A stretch of DNA of 64,000 nucleotides from Lachnospiraceae bacterium (GTDB lineage: Bacteria; Bacillota; Clostridia; Lachnospirales; Lachnospiraceae). The stretch's first letter is position 1. Each line of letters starts with the position of its first letter. Below, piece after piece: positions 8,285 to 18,196 of this stretch. Location: contig JAFZQY010000067.1 of NCBI GenBank assembly GCA_017620155.1, positions 14,380-78,379 on the forward strand, read 5' to 3'. The translations under genes and the position numbers were made by a program. The notes beneath the pieces were generated by a model, which saw only the letters and a list, made by a program, of their open reading frames with translations, ran no database searches and had not been told where the DNA came from.

Positions 8285-9610
8285 TTATTCTACATAATCG
8301 GACTTAACATATGCGATCTGACCATTATATCTTATCTTGGTCCAACCGTTTGCCAGTTTCTCGATAAAATCAAGTTTCTGACCCATATAAGCGGTTCCGA
8401 CCTTCTCACCCTCGGTGCTGGCCGTTGCCCTTATACGTACATTATCTTTGACCGTAACGGTTCCCGTCACGTTTGCATTCGATGCGGTTTCAGTCTGGGT
8501 ATTATTATTCGTAGTGTTCGCATCATTGCCATTATCGTCATTATTTAAGTTAACCACGGTTTCCGTGGATACTTCCTCAAGATACTCGGATTTGATGAAA
8601 GCCGACGAATTGTTGTAGCTGATCTCCGACCAGCCGTTTCCGCGCTCTTCTATAAGAGTGAATTCCTGTCCCTCGCTGGCTTTGCCAAGCTTATCGGCCG
8701 TCTCGGAATCAGAACTTCTGATATTGACCGTAGTGATGGCGCGGACAGTCTTAACCTCCGTAACGGTACCCACTGCTTCCGCTTCCTCTTCTTCGGGTTC
8801 CTCTTCCTCTTCCTCCTCGGCAGTCTGAGTATCTGTTCCGACCTCGCTCTGGGCAAGAGACTCACCCACTGCGGTATCTATGCTCTCTGTCAGATCCACA
8901 AGGAAAAGCGAGAGGCTCTCGTTCTCCGCAAGCATGTTGTTGTATGCGGATGCAACTTCATTGTTCAGATCTACCACATCATCCTGAAGAGATGCTTCTC
9001 TGATGTAGTTGATGACCGATTCGGATTCCTCACCGTCATTGATATAGAGATTGCCGGATTCATCCGTACATATATAGAAGGCTTCAAGACCGGGGATGGA
9101 ATCCTCGTAGTCCCTGAATTTCTCTTCATAATATACATAAGCCACATAGGTGCCCGGCATGGGACCGATCTTGGTATATACCTTGATGTTCTCGTAGGAC
9201 TCGATATACTTCGCGGTCTCTTCTATGCGGATGGCCTCAGTATCGTCTACATTATTATTATAGGAACGAACTATCTCGATATCTCCGGATGCCATGGCTA
9301 TGAAATATTTCTTCATGAGCTCATTGACCGCCGGATATGCATCTTCCTCAAGAGCAACCTCGGGTACGGACAGAACAGCGGATTCTACATTCAGCCCGCT
9401 CTCTTCCTCCTCAGCCAGAGCCGCAGCTTCCTCGGCAGCCTCTCTTGCCTTCTTCGCATTATGCGCAGAAAGGGAGATGATGAGCACTATAAGGGCCACC
9501 ACTGCCACAGCAATGGGCAGAACTATCCTCAAGTGCTTGAAGATGAAGTCTCTCAGTTCACCCAGTTTGTCTTTGATAAACTCGATTATGTTGTTATTTG
9601 ATGTATTCAT
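8285..9610 (-). CDS. Membrane-anchored protein with two C-terminal bacterial SH3 domains
   Basis: One N-terminal TM helix, acidic linkers, SH3b motifs VNIRSS..NGWSEISYN..FIKSEYL and VRIRAT..NGWTKIRYNGQIAYVKSDYV. Confidence 0.85.
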   Translation of the reverse strand: MNTSNNNIIEFIKDKLGELRDFIFKHLRIVLPIAVAVVALIVLIISLSAHNAKKAREAAEEAAALAEEEESGLNVESAVLSVPEVALEEDAYPAVNELMKKYFIAMASGDIEIVRSYNNNVDDTEAIRIEETAKYIESYENIKVYTKIGPMPGTYVAYVYYEEKFRDYEDSIPGLEAFYICTDESGNLYINDGEESESVINYIREASLQDDVVDLNNEVASAYNNMLAENESLSLFLVDLTESIDTAVGESLAQSEVGTDTQTAEEEEEEEPEEEEAEAVGTVTEVKTVRAITTVNIRSSDSETADKLGKASEGQEFTLIEERGNGWSEISYNNSSAFIKSEYLEEVSTETVVNLNNDDNGNDANTTNNNTQTETASNANVTGTVTVKDNVRIRATASTEGEKVGTAYMGQKLDFIEKLANGWTKIRYNGQIAYVKSDYVE

Positions 9611-9659
9611 ATAAATGTCCTATTTTAATCCAAAATTCAGATATGCAATCCCAAATAAG

Positions 9660-9731
9660 TACGCCCGACAGGAATCGAACCTGCATTAAAGGCGTCGGAG
9701 GCCTTCGTTCTATCCATTAGACTACGGGCGC
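9660..9731 (-). tRNA. tRNA-Arg(CCG)
   Basis: GCGCCCGTAGTCTAATGGATAGAACGAAGGCCT-CCG-ACGCCTTTAATGCAGGTTCGATTCCTGTCGGGCGTA; full cloverleaf, CCA not encoded. Confidence 0.95.
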
Positions 9732-9765
9732 AAAATGTTACAAAATTGTTAAAACATACTCGACT

Positions 9766-9794
9766 ATGATAACACATTGCGCCCACCTTGTCTA
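9766..9794 (-). promoter_or_regulatory. Putative sigma-A promoter of the tRNA
   Basis: TAGACA-N17-TATCAT with TGn extension. Confidence 0.6.
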
Positions 9795-10670
9795 CTTCCC
9801 TGTCTCTGAGCAGATGCTGATGCAATCCAGATCACGGTCATAATAATACAGATTGTCGCTCAGCCTGTCCTCAAGATCCACCTCCGTACTGTTTATCTCG
9901 CGGATCATCGCCCTCATGTATTCTTCTTCACACGCACACTCCTCAGGCATGAGTATCACTTCATGAATACTGCTCGGAAGTATGTATATTCCGCTTAAGT
10001 GGCTGTCGGCCACTTCTTTCAGATGCTCGGAATACAGCATGCATGTCGCTCCGAATACCCGGTGCTCATTCGACAGGATATACATATCGGGAGCCTCCGG
10101 CAAAAACATATTCGGCAGCACTTCATCAATAGTCTTTAATTCATCCGACATGATACGCGGCGTATTTTCCCGGGCCAGATCGTATAATTCGTCCTGATCT
10201 ATGTCCCACATCTTCAGATGCTCGTTACGTACAAGTACCGTCGCATAGCCGTTTTCGCCGCCCTGAAGCACGCAGCAGAACACTATGGCCAGATCGTTCC
10301 ATTCAACATGCGGAACATGCTCTAACAATCCCCTGTTCATGTCGAAGTTCACGATCTTATATATGATCCTGTCCTTGATACTCTCAAAATCCGTATACTC
10401 CTCGGCATGGATATCCGTTCTGCGCGACTTGCTCTCATATCTGTACAGCATGTTCATGATATCGCCGAAAGGAGTTCCCGACTCATACATCTCATAAAAG
10501 TTTTCAAGATATATGGTAGGGGATATGCGCGAATCCTCGTGTCTGACCGTAAGCCCCTTCAAAACGAGGCCGTTGTTTTTGGTAACGCTCGTTATTTCAG
10601 TCGCCGCACTCTCTCCGAACAGCTCCGAAGCCGCTTCTTTTACCTTAATGCAAAAATCTTCATAATTCAT
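9792..10670 (-). CDS. DUF5688 family protein
   Basis: Motifs KNNG..ISPTIYL, MYILSN..FGA, YILPSSIHEVILMP, LSDNLYYYD. Start at ATG 10670 with SD GGAGGT. Confidence 0.8.
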   Translation of the reverse strand: MNYEDFCIKVKEAASELFGESAATEITSVTKNNGLVLKGLTVRHEDSRISPTIYLENFYEMYESGTPFGDIMNMLYRYESKSRRTDIHAEEYTDFESIKDRIIYKIVNFDMNRGLLEHVPHVEWNDLAIVFCCVLQGGENGYATVLVRNEHLKMWDIDQDELYDLARENTPRIMSDELKTIDEVLPNMFLPEAPDMYILSNEHRVFGATCMLYSEHLKEVADSHLSGIYILPSSIHEVILMPEECACEEEYMRAMIREINSTEVDLEDRLSDNLYYYDRDLDCISICSETGK

Positions 10671-10740
10671 ATCTACCTCCATTTTCTCCGGACAAAGGGA
10701 TATGCATTTGGCGTTTTGGGTGAACAGACTCATAAACGCA

Positions 10741-10773
10741 AAAAGACAATGCTCCTTTCGGATCATTGTCTTT
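10741..10773 (-). terminator. Intrinsic terminator after efp
   Basis: Minus strand AAAGACAATGATCC-GAAA-GGAGCATTGTCTTTTT. Confidence 0.75.
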
Positions 10774-10843
10774 CAAGCTCATTGCAATCAATTGATCAAT
10801 TAATCAAACAACCGATTAAACAATCAATAAATACAGGAAAAGA

Positions 10844-11401
10844 TTATACTCTGGAAAGATACTCGCCGGTTCTGGTATCGATCTTGATCTTCTCGCCCAT
10901 CTCTACGAAGAGAGGAACGTTGACCTTGGCACCGGTCTCTACGATAGCGGGCTTGGTAGCGCCTGTAGCGGTATCACCCTTGAAACCGGGCTCGGTATCC
11001 GTGATCTCGAGCTCTACGAAGAGAGGAGGCTCAACGGAGAATACCTTGCCGTTATATGAGCAAACCTTGCAGATCTCATTCTCTTTAACGAACTGAAGTG
11101 CATCTCCTACAGTGTCTGCGCTGAGAGCCACCTGATCGTAATTGTCGGTATCCATGAAGTTGTACATGTCACCGTCTGCATAGAGATACTGCATATCTTT
11201 TCTGTCTATACGTGCCTGCGGGTATTTATCTACAGGACGGAAGGTCTTCTCGACTACACCGCCATTGATGACGTCTTTAAGCTTGGTACGAACGAAAGCT
11301 GCTCCCTTACCGGGCTTAACGTGCTGAAACTCAATGATCTGGTATACTACGCCTTCCACTTCAATAGTAACACCATTCCTGAAATCACCTGCTGATATCA
11401 T
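10844..11401 (-). CDS. efp: Elongation factor P
   Basis: [30 protein letters not shown]. Confidence 0.98.
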   Translation of the reverse strand: MISAGDFRNGVTIEVEGVVYQIIEFQHVKPGKGAAFVRTKLKDVINGGVVEKTFRPVDKYPQARIDRKDMQYLYADGDMYNFMDTDNYDQVALSADTVGDALQFVKENEICKVCSYNGKVFSVEPPLFVELEITDTEPGFKGDTATGATKPAIVETGAKVNVPLFVEMGEKIKIDTRTGEYLSRV

Positions 11402-11460
11402 GAATCAATCCTCCTGAAAATATACGTAACATTCCTAAACATCATATACTATAAGGGCTT

Positions 11461-11901
11461 TTATTTCAACATCAAAATTGCATCATCTATCGCATCCAGA
11501 TATCCTTTAAGCCCGCGCCCGTAGATCTGTTTATCGCAGGCAGGAGCCGTAACGGAGATCTTACGCCACTCCTCTCTGGCCGTGATATCCGAGATATGGA
11601 CCTCGATCTTGGGGATCGTCGTGACAGATGCGAGCGCATCATGGATCGCATAGCTGTAATGCGTAAAAGCCCCGGGATTGATGATGATGGCCTCGGTGCC
11701 GTCAGAGTATGCATCCTGGATGCGGTCTATGATCGCGCCTTCGTGGTTGGTCTGGAAAACCTCTATCCTGCAGCCGATCTCTTCACCCTTTTTCGCGATC
11801 AGCTTAAGCAGATAGTCATAGTCTTCCTTGCCGTATACATCCTTTTCCCTGATACCTAAGAAGTTCAGGTTGGGTCCGTTTATTATGAGCAGCTTATTCA
11901 T
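11461..11901 (-). CDS. aroQ: Type II 3-dehydroquinate dehydratase
   Basis: INGPNLNFLGIRE, INPGAFTHYS, EVHISD. Confidence 0.95.
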   Translation of the reverse strand: MNKLLIINGPNLNFLGIREKDVYGKEDYDYLLKLIAKKGEEIGCRIEVFQTNHEGAIIDRIQDAYSDGTEAIIINPGAFTHYSYAIHDALASVTTIPKIEVHISDITAREEWRKISVTAPACDKQIYGRGLKGYLDAIDDAILMLK

Positions 11902-12436
11902 ATCTCATCCTCTTTTTACGTTTGCGGACTCCGGCGGACTTGGTGAAGACCTCGTCCATGATCCGTTCCACCTTTTTGTCATCCACATCGACTATGACAT
12001 CGGCGCATTTTGCATATGCTTCATTACGCTCATCCATCAGCTGCCTGATGACGGTCTCTCTGTCCTCGCGCTGAAGAAGCGGCCTGTTCTTATCGGAAGA
12101 AAGTCTCTCGATCACTGTCTCCGGCCTGATCCTGAGCCAGACCACCACGCCCAGTCTCTTAAGGAGCTCATGGTTTTCAAGCTTTACGGGCATTCCGCCG
12201 CCGGTTGCGATGACATGATCTTTGATGCCTTCTTCGAGCAGTGCGCTCAGGGCATCCGTTTCCATCTGACGAAAAGCGCTCTCCCCGTCGGTCTCGAAGA
12301 TCTCGGTGATGGTGCGCCCCGTCTTGCGCTCTATGTATTTATCCGTATCCAGATAAGGCTGCTTCATACGGTAGCTCAGTTTGATCCCCAAGGTGGACTT
12401 ACCCGAGCCCATGAAGCCTATAAGAACGATATTCAT
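11894..12436 (-). CDS. aroK: Shikimate kinase
   Basis: MNIVLIGFMGSGKST, GESAFR, ATGGG, RPLL; start placed at ATG 12436. Confidence 0.93.
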   Translation of the reverse strand: MNIVLIGFMGSGKSTLGIKLSYRMKQPYLDTDKYIERKTGRTITEIFETDGESAFRQMETDALSALLEEGIKDHVIATGGGMPVKLENHELLKRLGVVVWLRIRPETVIERLSSDKNRPLLQREDRETVIRQLMDERNEAYAKCADVIVDVDDKKVERIMDEVFTKSAGVRKRKKRMRYE

Positions 12437-12440
12437 TGGT

Positions 12441-13337
12441 TTATTTTTTCTCCGGACGGGCTGCCGACGAGAGTTTATCAAGTACCTGATCTATAGCATC
12501 CTGCGAAACAGTGATCCTGTTCCACAGTTCGAAACCGCAGATCCCCTGATACAGGAGCATCTTAAGCCCGCCTTCCGCACGGCCTCCGGCATCTTTTACC
12601 AAACGCATGAAGCGCGTATCCGCCGGATTATATACCAGATCGTATCCGTAAGATATGCGTGTATAGAAGCTCTCATCGTCTATGATCACATCATTTATAT
12701 TAGGAAAAAGTCCTACGGACGAAGCCTGTATGACGATCAGATCCCTGCCCGGTACCGATGCATGATCGGCCAGCGCAAGAGGTTTACATAACCCCGCATT
12801 GCCAACAGGATCGTTATTCCGGACATACTCATTTACATCCCTGCAAAGAGCTTCAGCCTTATCAACGCTCCTGTTAAGTATATGCACGGATCCGGCATGC
12901 TCAAAAGCACACAGAAAAGCGGCGGCTCTCGCTGCACCTCCGGCTCCCAGGATCACCGCATCCCGGCCGGCCAGACTTATATCATCGTCTGCCAGCGCTC
13001 TTTTTAATCCTATATAGTCGGTATTGTATCCGATATATCCATTATCAGATCTGACCAGAGTATTGACCGCGCCGATGGCCGCTGCGCGCTCATCGATACC
13101 GGCAAGCACATCCATGACTGCGATCTTGTGGGGAACGGTCACATTAAGCCCTAAGATCCCCAAGTCGTAGGCTCCCCTAACGGCGCTGCCTACGCGATCC
13201 GCGGCGACTCTCATAGGTACGTACGTAAGATCGATCCCGCAGAGTTCGGCGAGATTATTGTGGATGAGCGGAGACAGAGTATGCTCCACCGGATCGCCTA
13301 TAAGAGCGCATATGCGCGTTTTCCCGGATATATTCAT
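12441..13337 (-). CDS. aroE: Shikimate dehydrogenase
   Basis: HTLSP, NVTVPHK, GAVNT, GYNTD, GAGGAA. Confidence 0.95.
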   Translation of the reverse strand: MNISGKTRICALIGDPVEHTLSPLIHNNLAELCGIDLTYVPMRVAADRVGSAVRGAYDLGILGLNVTVPHKIAVMDVLAGIDERAAAIGAVNTLVRSDNGYIGYNTDYIGLKRALADDDISLAGRDAVILGAGGAARAAAFLCAFEHAGSVHILNRSVDKAEALCRDVNEYVRNNDPVGNAGLCKPLALADHASVPGRDLIVIQASSVGLFPNINDVIIDDESFYTRISYGYDLVYNPADTRFMRLVKDAGGRAEGGLKMLLYQGICGFELWNRITVSQDAIDQVLDKLSSAARPEKK

Positions 13338-13867
13338 GATCTGGTCCTCGTATCTTCGTACATGCGAAGCCTTTTTCGGTTTCTGAGTATCACTATGAGC
13401 ATGATGGGCTTCTCAAGTATCCTCTTAAGAAAAATATGGAATCCGATGTCTTTTCCGAGCGGTTTAACAAGGATATTAAAGAGCCCTGCGCGGTTTGCTC
13501 CCCATACATCGGTGAAGATCTGGTCACCGACGCTGAAGACCTCCCCAGGCTCAAGCCCCATGTCTTCTATCGCCTGACGATATCCGCGTCCTAATGGCTT
13601 GCCTGCCTTATATACATAGAACATGTTCGCAGGATCGGCGAAGCTTGATACCCTCTCAAGTTTGTTGTTTGAGACGACCGCGGTCTTATATCCGAGCTCG
13701 TGGAGCTTCGACAGAAGTGCCATTGATCGCTCATCCTGAGGGGCATTATGCCCTACCAGAGTATTGTCGATGTCAAAAAGGACTCCGCGGTATCCGCGTC
13801 CGTACATGTCCTCAAAGTCTATGTCATATGTTGATTTCAGATAAAGATCGGGTAACAGATTCCACAT
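13334..13867 (-). CDS. yqeG: YqeG-family HAD IIIA phosphatase
   Basis: FDIDNTLV, VSNN, AGKP, VGDQIFTDVWGANRAG. Confidence 0.9.
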   Translation of the reverse strand: MWNLLPDLYLKSTYDIDFEDMYGRGYRGVLFDIDNTLVGHNAPQDERSMALLSKLHELGYKTAVVSNNKLERVSSFADPANMFYVYKAGKPLGRGYRQAIEDMGLEPGEVFSVGDQIFTDVWGANRAGLFNILVKPLGKDIGFHIFLKRILEKPIMLIVILRNRKRLRMYEDTRTRS

Positions 13868-13894
13868 GATTAATCATAATATCAAAACAAAGGC

Positions 13895-13931
13895 AAAAAG
13901 AAAACCCGCAATCCTCCACGGATCACGGGTC
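13895..13931 (-). terminator. Intrinsic terminator after the 131-aa gene
   Basis: ACCCGTGATCC-GTGGA-GGATTGCGGGT (with G-U pairs) followed by TTTCTTTTT. Confidence 0.75.
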
Positions 13932-13946
13932 TTAGATCACTCGTTA

Positions 13947-14342
13947 TCACTTAGGTATTACCAAACCGTCTTCGTACTCTGCTACCATCTGCTCGGGAGT
14001 AGGTCCCACAAATGTCTTGTATCCTGAAAGAATGGTATCTCTCTTGGAATCGGATACCACCTTCTCCATGTCGAGCTTGGCGATATCAACATCCTTGCCG
14101 ATGGTTCCGAAATCGTCCTGCTTGTTGAATGTAAGGGATACATCTTCAAGCTTGGCTGTGCGGGGAGCTCTTACGTAATCCTGCGCAGGTGTAACACCGG
14201 TCTGTACCTCTTTGGATTCAGCCGGTCTGCTTTCGGGTTTGGTAGCTTCGGGATTTATGTCCTGAGGATTAACCTGAGGAATCCTCTGCATCCCGTAGCT
14301 GCTTATGAAGTTGGAATAATCAAAACCTATTCCCATTGCCAT
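13947..14342 (-). CDS. Hypothetical protein, probably sigma-28 dependent
   Basis: 131-aa ORF with its own promoter and terminator; no domain recognised. Confidence 0.7.
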   Translation of the reverse strand: MAMGIGFDYSNFISSYGMQRIPQVNPQDINPEATKPESRPAESKEVQTGVTPAQDYVRAPRTAKLEDVSLTFNKQDDFGTIGKDVDIAKLDMEKVVSDSKRDTILSGYKTFVGPTPEQMVAEYEDGLVIPK

Positions 14343-14388
14343 TGTCTTATCCGTCCCTGGTTAATTAATCTATTCCGTTGCATATATT

Positions 14389-14415
14389 ATATCGGCCGGA
14401 TCGGGTAAAACTTAA
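14389..14415 (-). promoter_or_regulatory. Sigma-28 (FliA/SigD) promoter
   Basis: TTAA-N15-GCCGATAT, 46 nt upstream of the ATG; SigD consensus is TAAA-N15-GCCGATAT. Confidence 0.75.
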
Positions 14416-14464
14416 CACCGAAATCAGGAAAAATTACTATTTTTGTTAAGGAGCATTTAAATGC

Positions 14465-14914
14465 TTATTCAAGAACCTTCTTGAGCTCATCCATGAAAGT
14501 ATTTACATCCTTGAATTCACGGTATACGGATGAGAATCTTACGTAAGCAACAGCATCCAGATCCTTGAGCTTGTCCATGATAAGTTCGCCTATAACGCTT
14601 GAAGGGATCTCCTTTTCCTCCATGGAAAAGATCTCAACCTCGACCGCATCAACCAGATCGGTGATCTGTGTAGCTGAGATGGGACGCTTGTGACAAGCCC
14701 TGAGCACGCCTGCTTCTATCTTGGTCCTGTCATATGCTTCTCTGTTGTTGTCTTTCTTGATGATGATGAGAGGTATGGTCTCAACCTTCTCGTATGTGGT
14801 AAACCTTTTGTCACATTCATCACAGATCCTGCGGCGGCGGATGGAGCTGTTGTCATCGGCAGGTCTTGAGTCTATGACTCTCGTGTTTTCGTGACCGCAA
14901 AAGGGGCATTTCAT
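14465..14914 (-). CDS. nrdR: Transcriptional repressor NrdR
   Basis: MKCPFCG zinc ribbon, IRRRRIC, ATP cone, VAYVRFSSVY. Confidence 0.97.
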   Translation of the reverse strand: MKCPFCGHENTRVIDSRPADDNSSIRRRRICDECDKRFTTYEKVETIPLIIIKKDNNREAYDRTKIEAGVLRACHKRPISATQITDLVDAVEVEIFSMEEKEIPSSVIGELIMDKLKDLDAVAYVRFSSVYREFKDVNTFMDELKKVLE

Positions 14915-14955
14915 AAAATGATAACCTCAATCTTTCAATTTTATTATCTTAATTC

Positions 14956-16200
14956 TTAATTCTTCTTAAGAAAATTCGGTATCTCCAGAGACTTGGTGTC
15001 TACCGAAGCCCTGACAGGAGGGGTATGCGTAACGGGCGCTGCAACCTTAGGTGCCGTGCCGGTCGCCTGAGGTACGCTGTGAGCGGTACTTGCCGGAGCC
15101 GCTCCCGCTGCGGGTCTTACCGTTGTCATGGCTCCCTGAAGGAAGCTTGATGCAGGGCGGGTAGTCTGGGGAAGTACGGTTCTCTGTGAAGCAGGAGTGA
15201 TGAATCTGCTCACTGCGGATGCACCTGCGGCTTCCGCTGCATCGATGCTGTCACCGGAGATGCCGGTAGCGATCAGGGTGATACTGCATGTATCAGTCAT
15301 GGACTGGTCATATTTAACACCGAAGATGATGTTGACATTATCTCCGGTAATCTCACCGAGGTAATTGGAAGCATCGCTTGTATCATAAAGAGAGATATCA
15401 CCGGTGAAGTTAAGGATGATATCCGTTGCTCCTGCAACCGTGGTCTCAAGAAGAGGACTCTCGATAGCCATCTTGACTGCCTCAAGAGCCTTGTCATCGC
15501 CCTTGCCGTAGCCGATACCGATATGAGCGATGCCCTTGTTCTCCATGACGGTACGGACATCGGCAAAGTCGAGGTTCAGTTCGGCGGGAACATTGATCAG
15601 ATCGGTGATACCCTGAACGGCCTGCTGAAGGACCTCGTCGGCTTTCTTAAGAGCTTCGGGCATGGATGTACGCTTATCTACTATCTCAAGGAGCTTGTCG
15701 TTGGGGATAACGATCAGCGTATCCACATTATTCTTTATATTATCAATACCCATGCGGGCATTTTCCATGCGCTTCTTGGCTTCAAATCTGAAAGGTTTGG
15801 TAACTACACCGACAGTAAGGATACCCATGTCCTTAGCTATCTTCGCAACCAGGGGAGCAGCTCCCGTACCGGTTCCGCCGCCCATTCCACAGGTAACGAA
15901 TACCATATCGGCACCCTTAAGCGCCTGAGTTATCTCCTCAGCACTCTCTTCGGCTGCTTTCTGTCCGATCTCGGGCTTTGCACCGGCTCCCAGACCTTTG
16001 GTCAGTTTCTCGCCGATCTGCAGAGTTTTGGCCTTACATAAACGCAGATCCTGAAGATCCGTATTGATGCCCAAAAACTCAACGCCCTGAACTCCTTCAT
16101 CTATCATACGATTGACGGCGTTGTTTCCTGCACCGCCAACGCCGGCAACTATTATCTTGGAAACAGCATTAACTTCGTTGGATTTAATCTCAAGTGGCAA
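14956..16200 (-). CDS. ftsZ: Cell division protein FtsZ
   Basis: [30 protein letters not shown]-terminal [10 protein letters not shown]; TTG start with AGGAGG. Confidence 0.98.
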   Translation of the reverse strand: MPLEIKSNEVNAVSKIIVAGVGGAGNNAVNRMIDEGVQGVEFLGINTDLQDLRLCKAKTLQIGEKLTKGLGAGAKPEIGQKAAEESAEEITQALKGADMVFVTCGMGGGTGTGAAPLVAKIAKDMGILTVGVVTKPFRFEAKKRMENARMGIDNIKNNVDTLIVIPNDKLLEIVDKRTSMPEALKKADEVLQQAVQGITDLINVPAELNLDFADVRTVMENKGIAHIGIGYGKGDDKALEAVKMAIESPLLETTVAGATDIILNFTGDISLYDTSDASNYLGEITGDNVNIIFGVKYDQSMTDTCSITLIATGISGDSIDAAEAAGASAVSRFITPASQRTVLPQTTRPASSFLQGAMTTVRPAAGAAPASTAHSVPQATGTAPKVAAPVTHTPPVRASVDTKSLEIPNFLKKN

Positions 16201-16268
16201 GGCTGGTACCTCCTAACACCTATTAATACACATACACTCATATATAATAAATCAAACAACTGCGTTTA

Positions 16269-17006
16269 TCAATCAGATTTTTCAAAAGTTACGGTATCCC
16301 CGCTCACATATTCCGTCAGGTCTATCGTACCTTTTTGGCCGCCCAGCTTTTGGAGGATATCGGGCAGGACCATCATTTTCTCGTCTATGAAGTCATCGTT
16401 TCCTATCAGTACTTCGACATCTCCGAAGAAAAGTACCAGAGATCCATCCTGGGCAAAATGGATCCGGTCGCCGTTTAAGCCGTATTTTCCCATGAGCTGC
16501 GAGATATCAAGGACCTTCTCAAAAAGGCTCGGATCCTCCACGGGAAGAGGCTCGTACATGATGCAGTGATCAAAAGAAAGCCCCGTGACCATCGGAATGC
16601 CCGGTGTCAGGACCTGAGAGCTCTCCACGACCGTTCCCGTCCTGTCAAAATAGATATATCGGTCCATATATTCGACGTATCCGGCAAGGCTCTTTTCAAA
16701 TACTGTAATCCTTATGGTATCGCGGGATTCGATCGTAACCGACATGGTCTCGATGAAAGGGACATCCTTGATCTCCTTGTCCCTGTATTTCAAATAGAGG
16801 AAAACGGTATTGTCTCCGAGAAATCCGTCCATGACCATGGCCGCTATCTGATCGTCGCTGTAATGGATGTTTCCGTCCACGATCACGGCCTTAACATGAC
16901 AAAACCTGATCACACAGGCGATTGATATCGCCAGGACCAGGATTATGGTTCCGGTCAGGATATAAGGCCAGACCGGCACTTTGACGCGCGAAGATTTCTT
17001 TTTCAT
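16269..17006 (-). CDS. ftsQ: Cell division protein FtsQ/DivIB
   Basis: Single TM helix followed by POTRA-like VIVDGNIHYSDDQI; lies between ftsW and ftsZ. Confidence 0.8.
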   Translation of the reverse strand: MKKKSSRVKVPVWPYILTGTIILVLAISIACVIRFCHVKAVIVDGNIHYSDDQIAAMVMDGFLGDNTVFLYLKYRDKEIKDVPFIETMSVTIESRDTIRITVFEKSLAGYVEYMDRYIYFDRTGTVVESSQVLTPGIPMVTGLSFDHCIMYEPLPVEDPSLFEKVLDISQLMGKYGLNGDRIHFAQDGSLVLFFGDVEVLIGNDDFIDEKMMVLPDILQKLGGQKGTIDLTEYVSGDTVTFEKSD

Positions 17007-18187
17007 CAGTATTCCCTCGCTCTGATGGCCTTGGCCACGCCGAGCGCAAGTCCCATCTCGCCCATCAGAAAGGCTAAAGCGGTACCTCCGTAGCTGATGA
17101 AAGGAAGTGATATTCCGGTATTGGGTATCGTATTGGTAACAACGGCGATATTCAGGATGACCTGTATCGCGATATGTCCCATGACGCCGGCCACGATCAG
17201 TGTGCCGAACATGTCTCTTGCATTATCTGCTATGATCTTGAGTCTCCAGAGAAGCAGCATGAAGAGCAGCATGAGCGCAAGAGCTCCGAACAGCCCCAGT
17301 TCTTCGCAGATGACCGAAAAGATCATGTCGTTCTGGGCCTCGGGAATGAAACCGAGCTTCTGCATGCTCTCTCCGAGCCCTTTGCCGAAGAAACCGCCGG
17401 ATCCGATGGCATAGAGTGACTGCAGGGTCTGGAAGCCTTTTCCGGATGCATATGCTTCAGGGTCAAGCCAGGCAAGTACGCGTTCGCCTCTGTAGCCGCC
17501 AACATGCGCCGAATCCGCGCCGGAAGCATTGACTACGATTATGACGACCACGAGAGCCGCCAGTATGGCTCCCGCAATGCCGACTATCACATATCTCTTG
17601 TAGTCTCTGGTAGCCACAAACATCATGACGAGCGCTATGCCGAATACGATGATGGCGCTGGACGCATTGGATGTTACGCCCCACAAAAGAGCGGAGATGA
17701 TGCCGGTTAAGCCGAGTATAAGTCCGAACCCCCTCCATGTATGTATACCTTCTCCCATCCTTCTGATCAGGCATGCGAGAAATATGATCATTGCAAACTT
17801 AACAAACTCGGCGGGCTGGAACGAAACTCTGTTATTAAACAGGTAGATCCACCGCTTCGCTCCGTTTGCCTCTTTTCCGAAAGGAATGATCAGGAAGATA
17901 ACGACCAGGCTCGCCAGATATGCAAGCATTCCTACCCTGTAAAAGAGATTATACGGAATAAAGGCAACTACGATCATGGCGCCCAGTCCGACAGCGGTCG
18001 CCAAGATCTGCTTCTTTAAATAAAAAGAAGCATCGCCGAAAGTAAGGAACGCATCATAAGAGCTGGATGAGTATACCATGACCAGCCCGAAGATCAGGAG
18101 AAAGATAACGATGACTATTAAATTGTAATCGAAATACCTGAATCCCTTCTCAGCCGCTTTACGCAGCTCGGATCTGCCAGCTGCCAC
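17006..18187 (-). CDS. ftsW: SEDS peptidoglycan glycosyltransferase FtsW
   Basis: GLVMVYSSS, NGAKRW, QPAEFVK, PEAQNDMIF, LPFISYGG. Confidence 0.92.
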   Translation of the reverse strand: MAAGRSELRKAAEKGFRYFDYNLIVIVIFLLIFGLVMVYSSSSYDAFLTFGDASFYLKKQILATAVGLGAMIVVAFIPYNLFYRVGMLAYLASLVVIFLIIPFGKEANGAKRWIYLFNNRVSFQPAEFVKFAMIIFLACLIRRMGEGIHTWRGFGLILGLTGIISALLWGVTSNASSAIIVFGIALVMMFVATRDYKRYVIVGIAGAILAALVVVIIVVNASGADSAHVGGYRGERVLAWLDPEAYASGKGFQTLQSLYAIGSGGFFGKGLGESMQKLGFIPEAQNDMIFSVICEELGLFGALALMLLFMLLLWRLKIIADNARDMFGTLIVAGVMGHIAIQVILNIAVVTNTIPNTGISLPFISYGGTALAFLMGEMGLALGVAKAIRAREY

Positions 18188-18196
18188 TTTTTCCTC

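Noticed and set aside
9637-9825. 62-aa minus-strand ORF
   Set aside because: Overlaps the tRNA gene and its promoter.
9660-10670. Integrative element at tRNA-Arg involving DUF5688
   Set aside because: No integrase, no duplicated tRNA 3' end seen, and the flanks are housekeeping genes.
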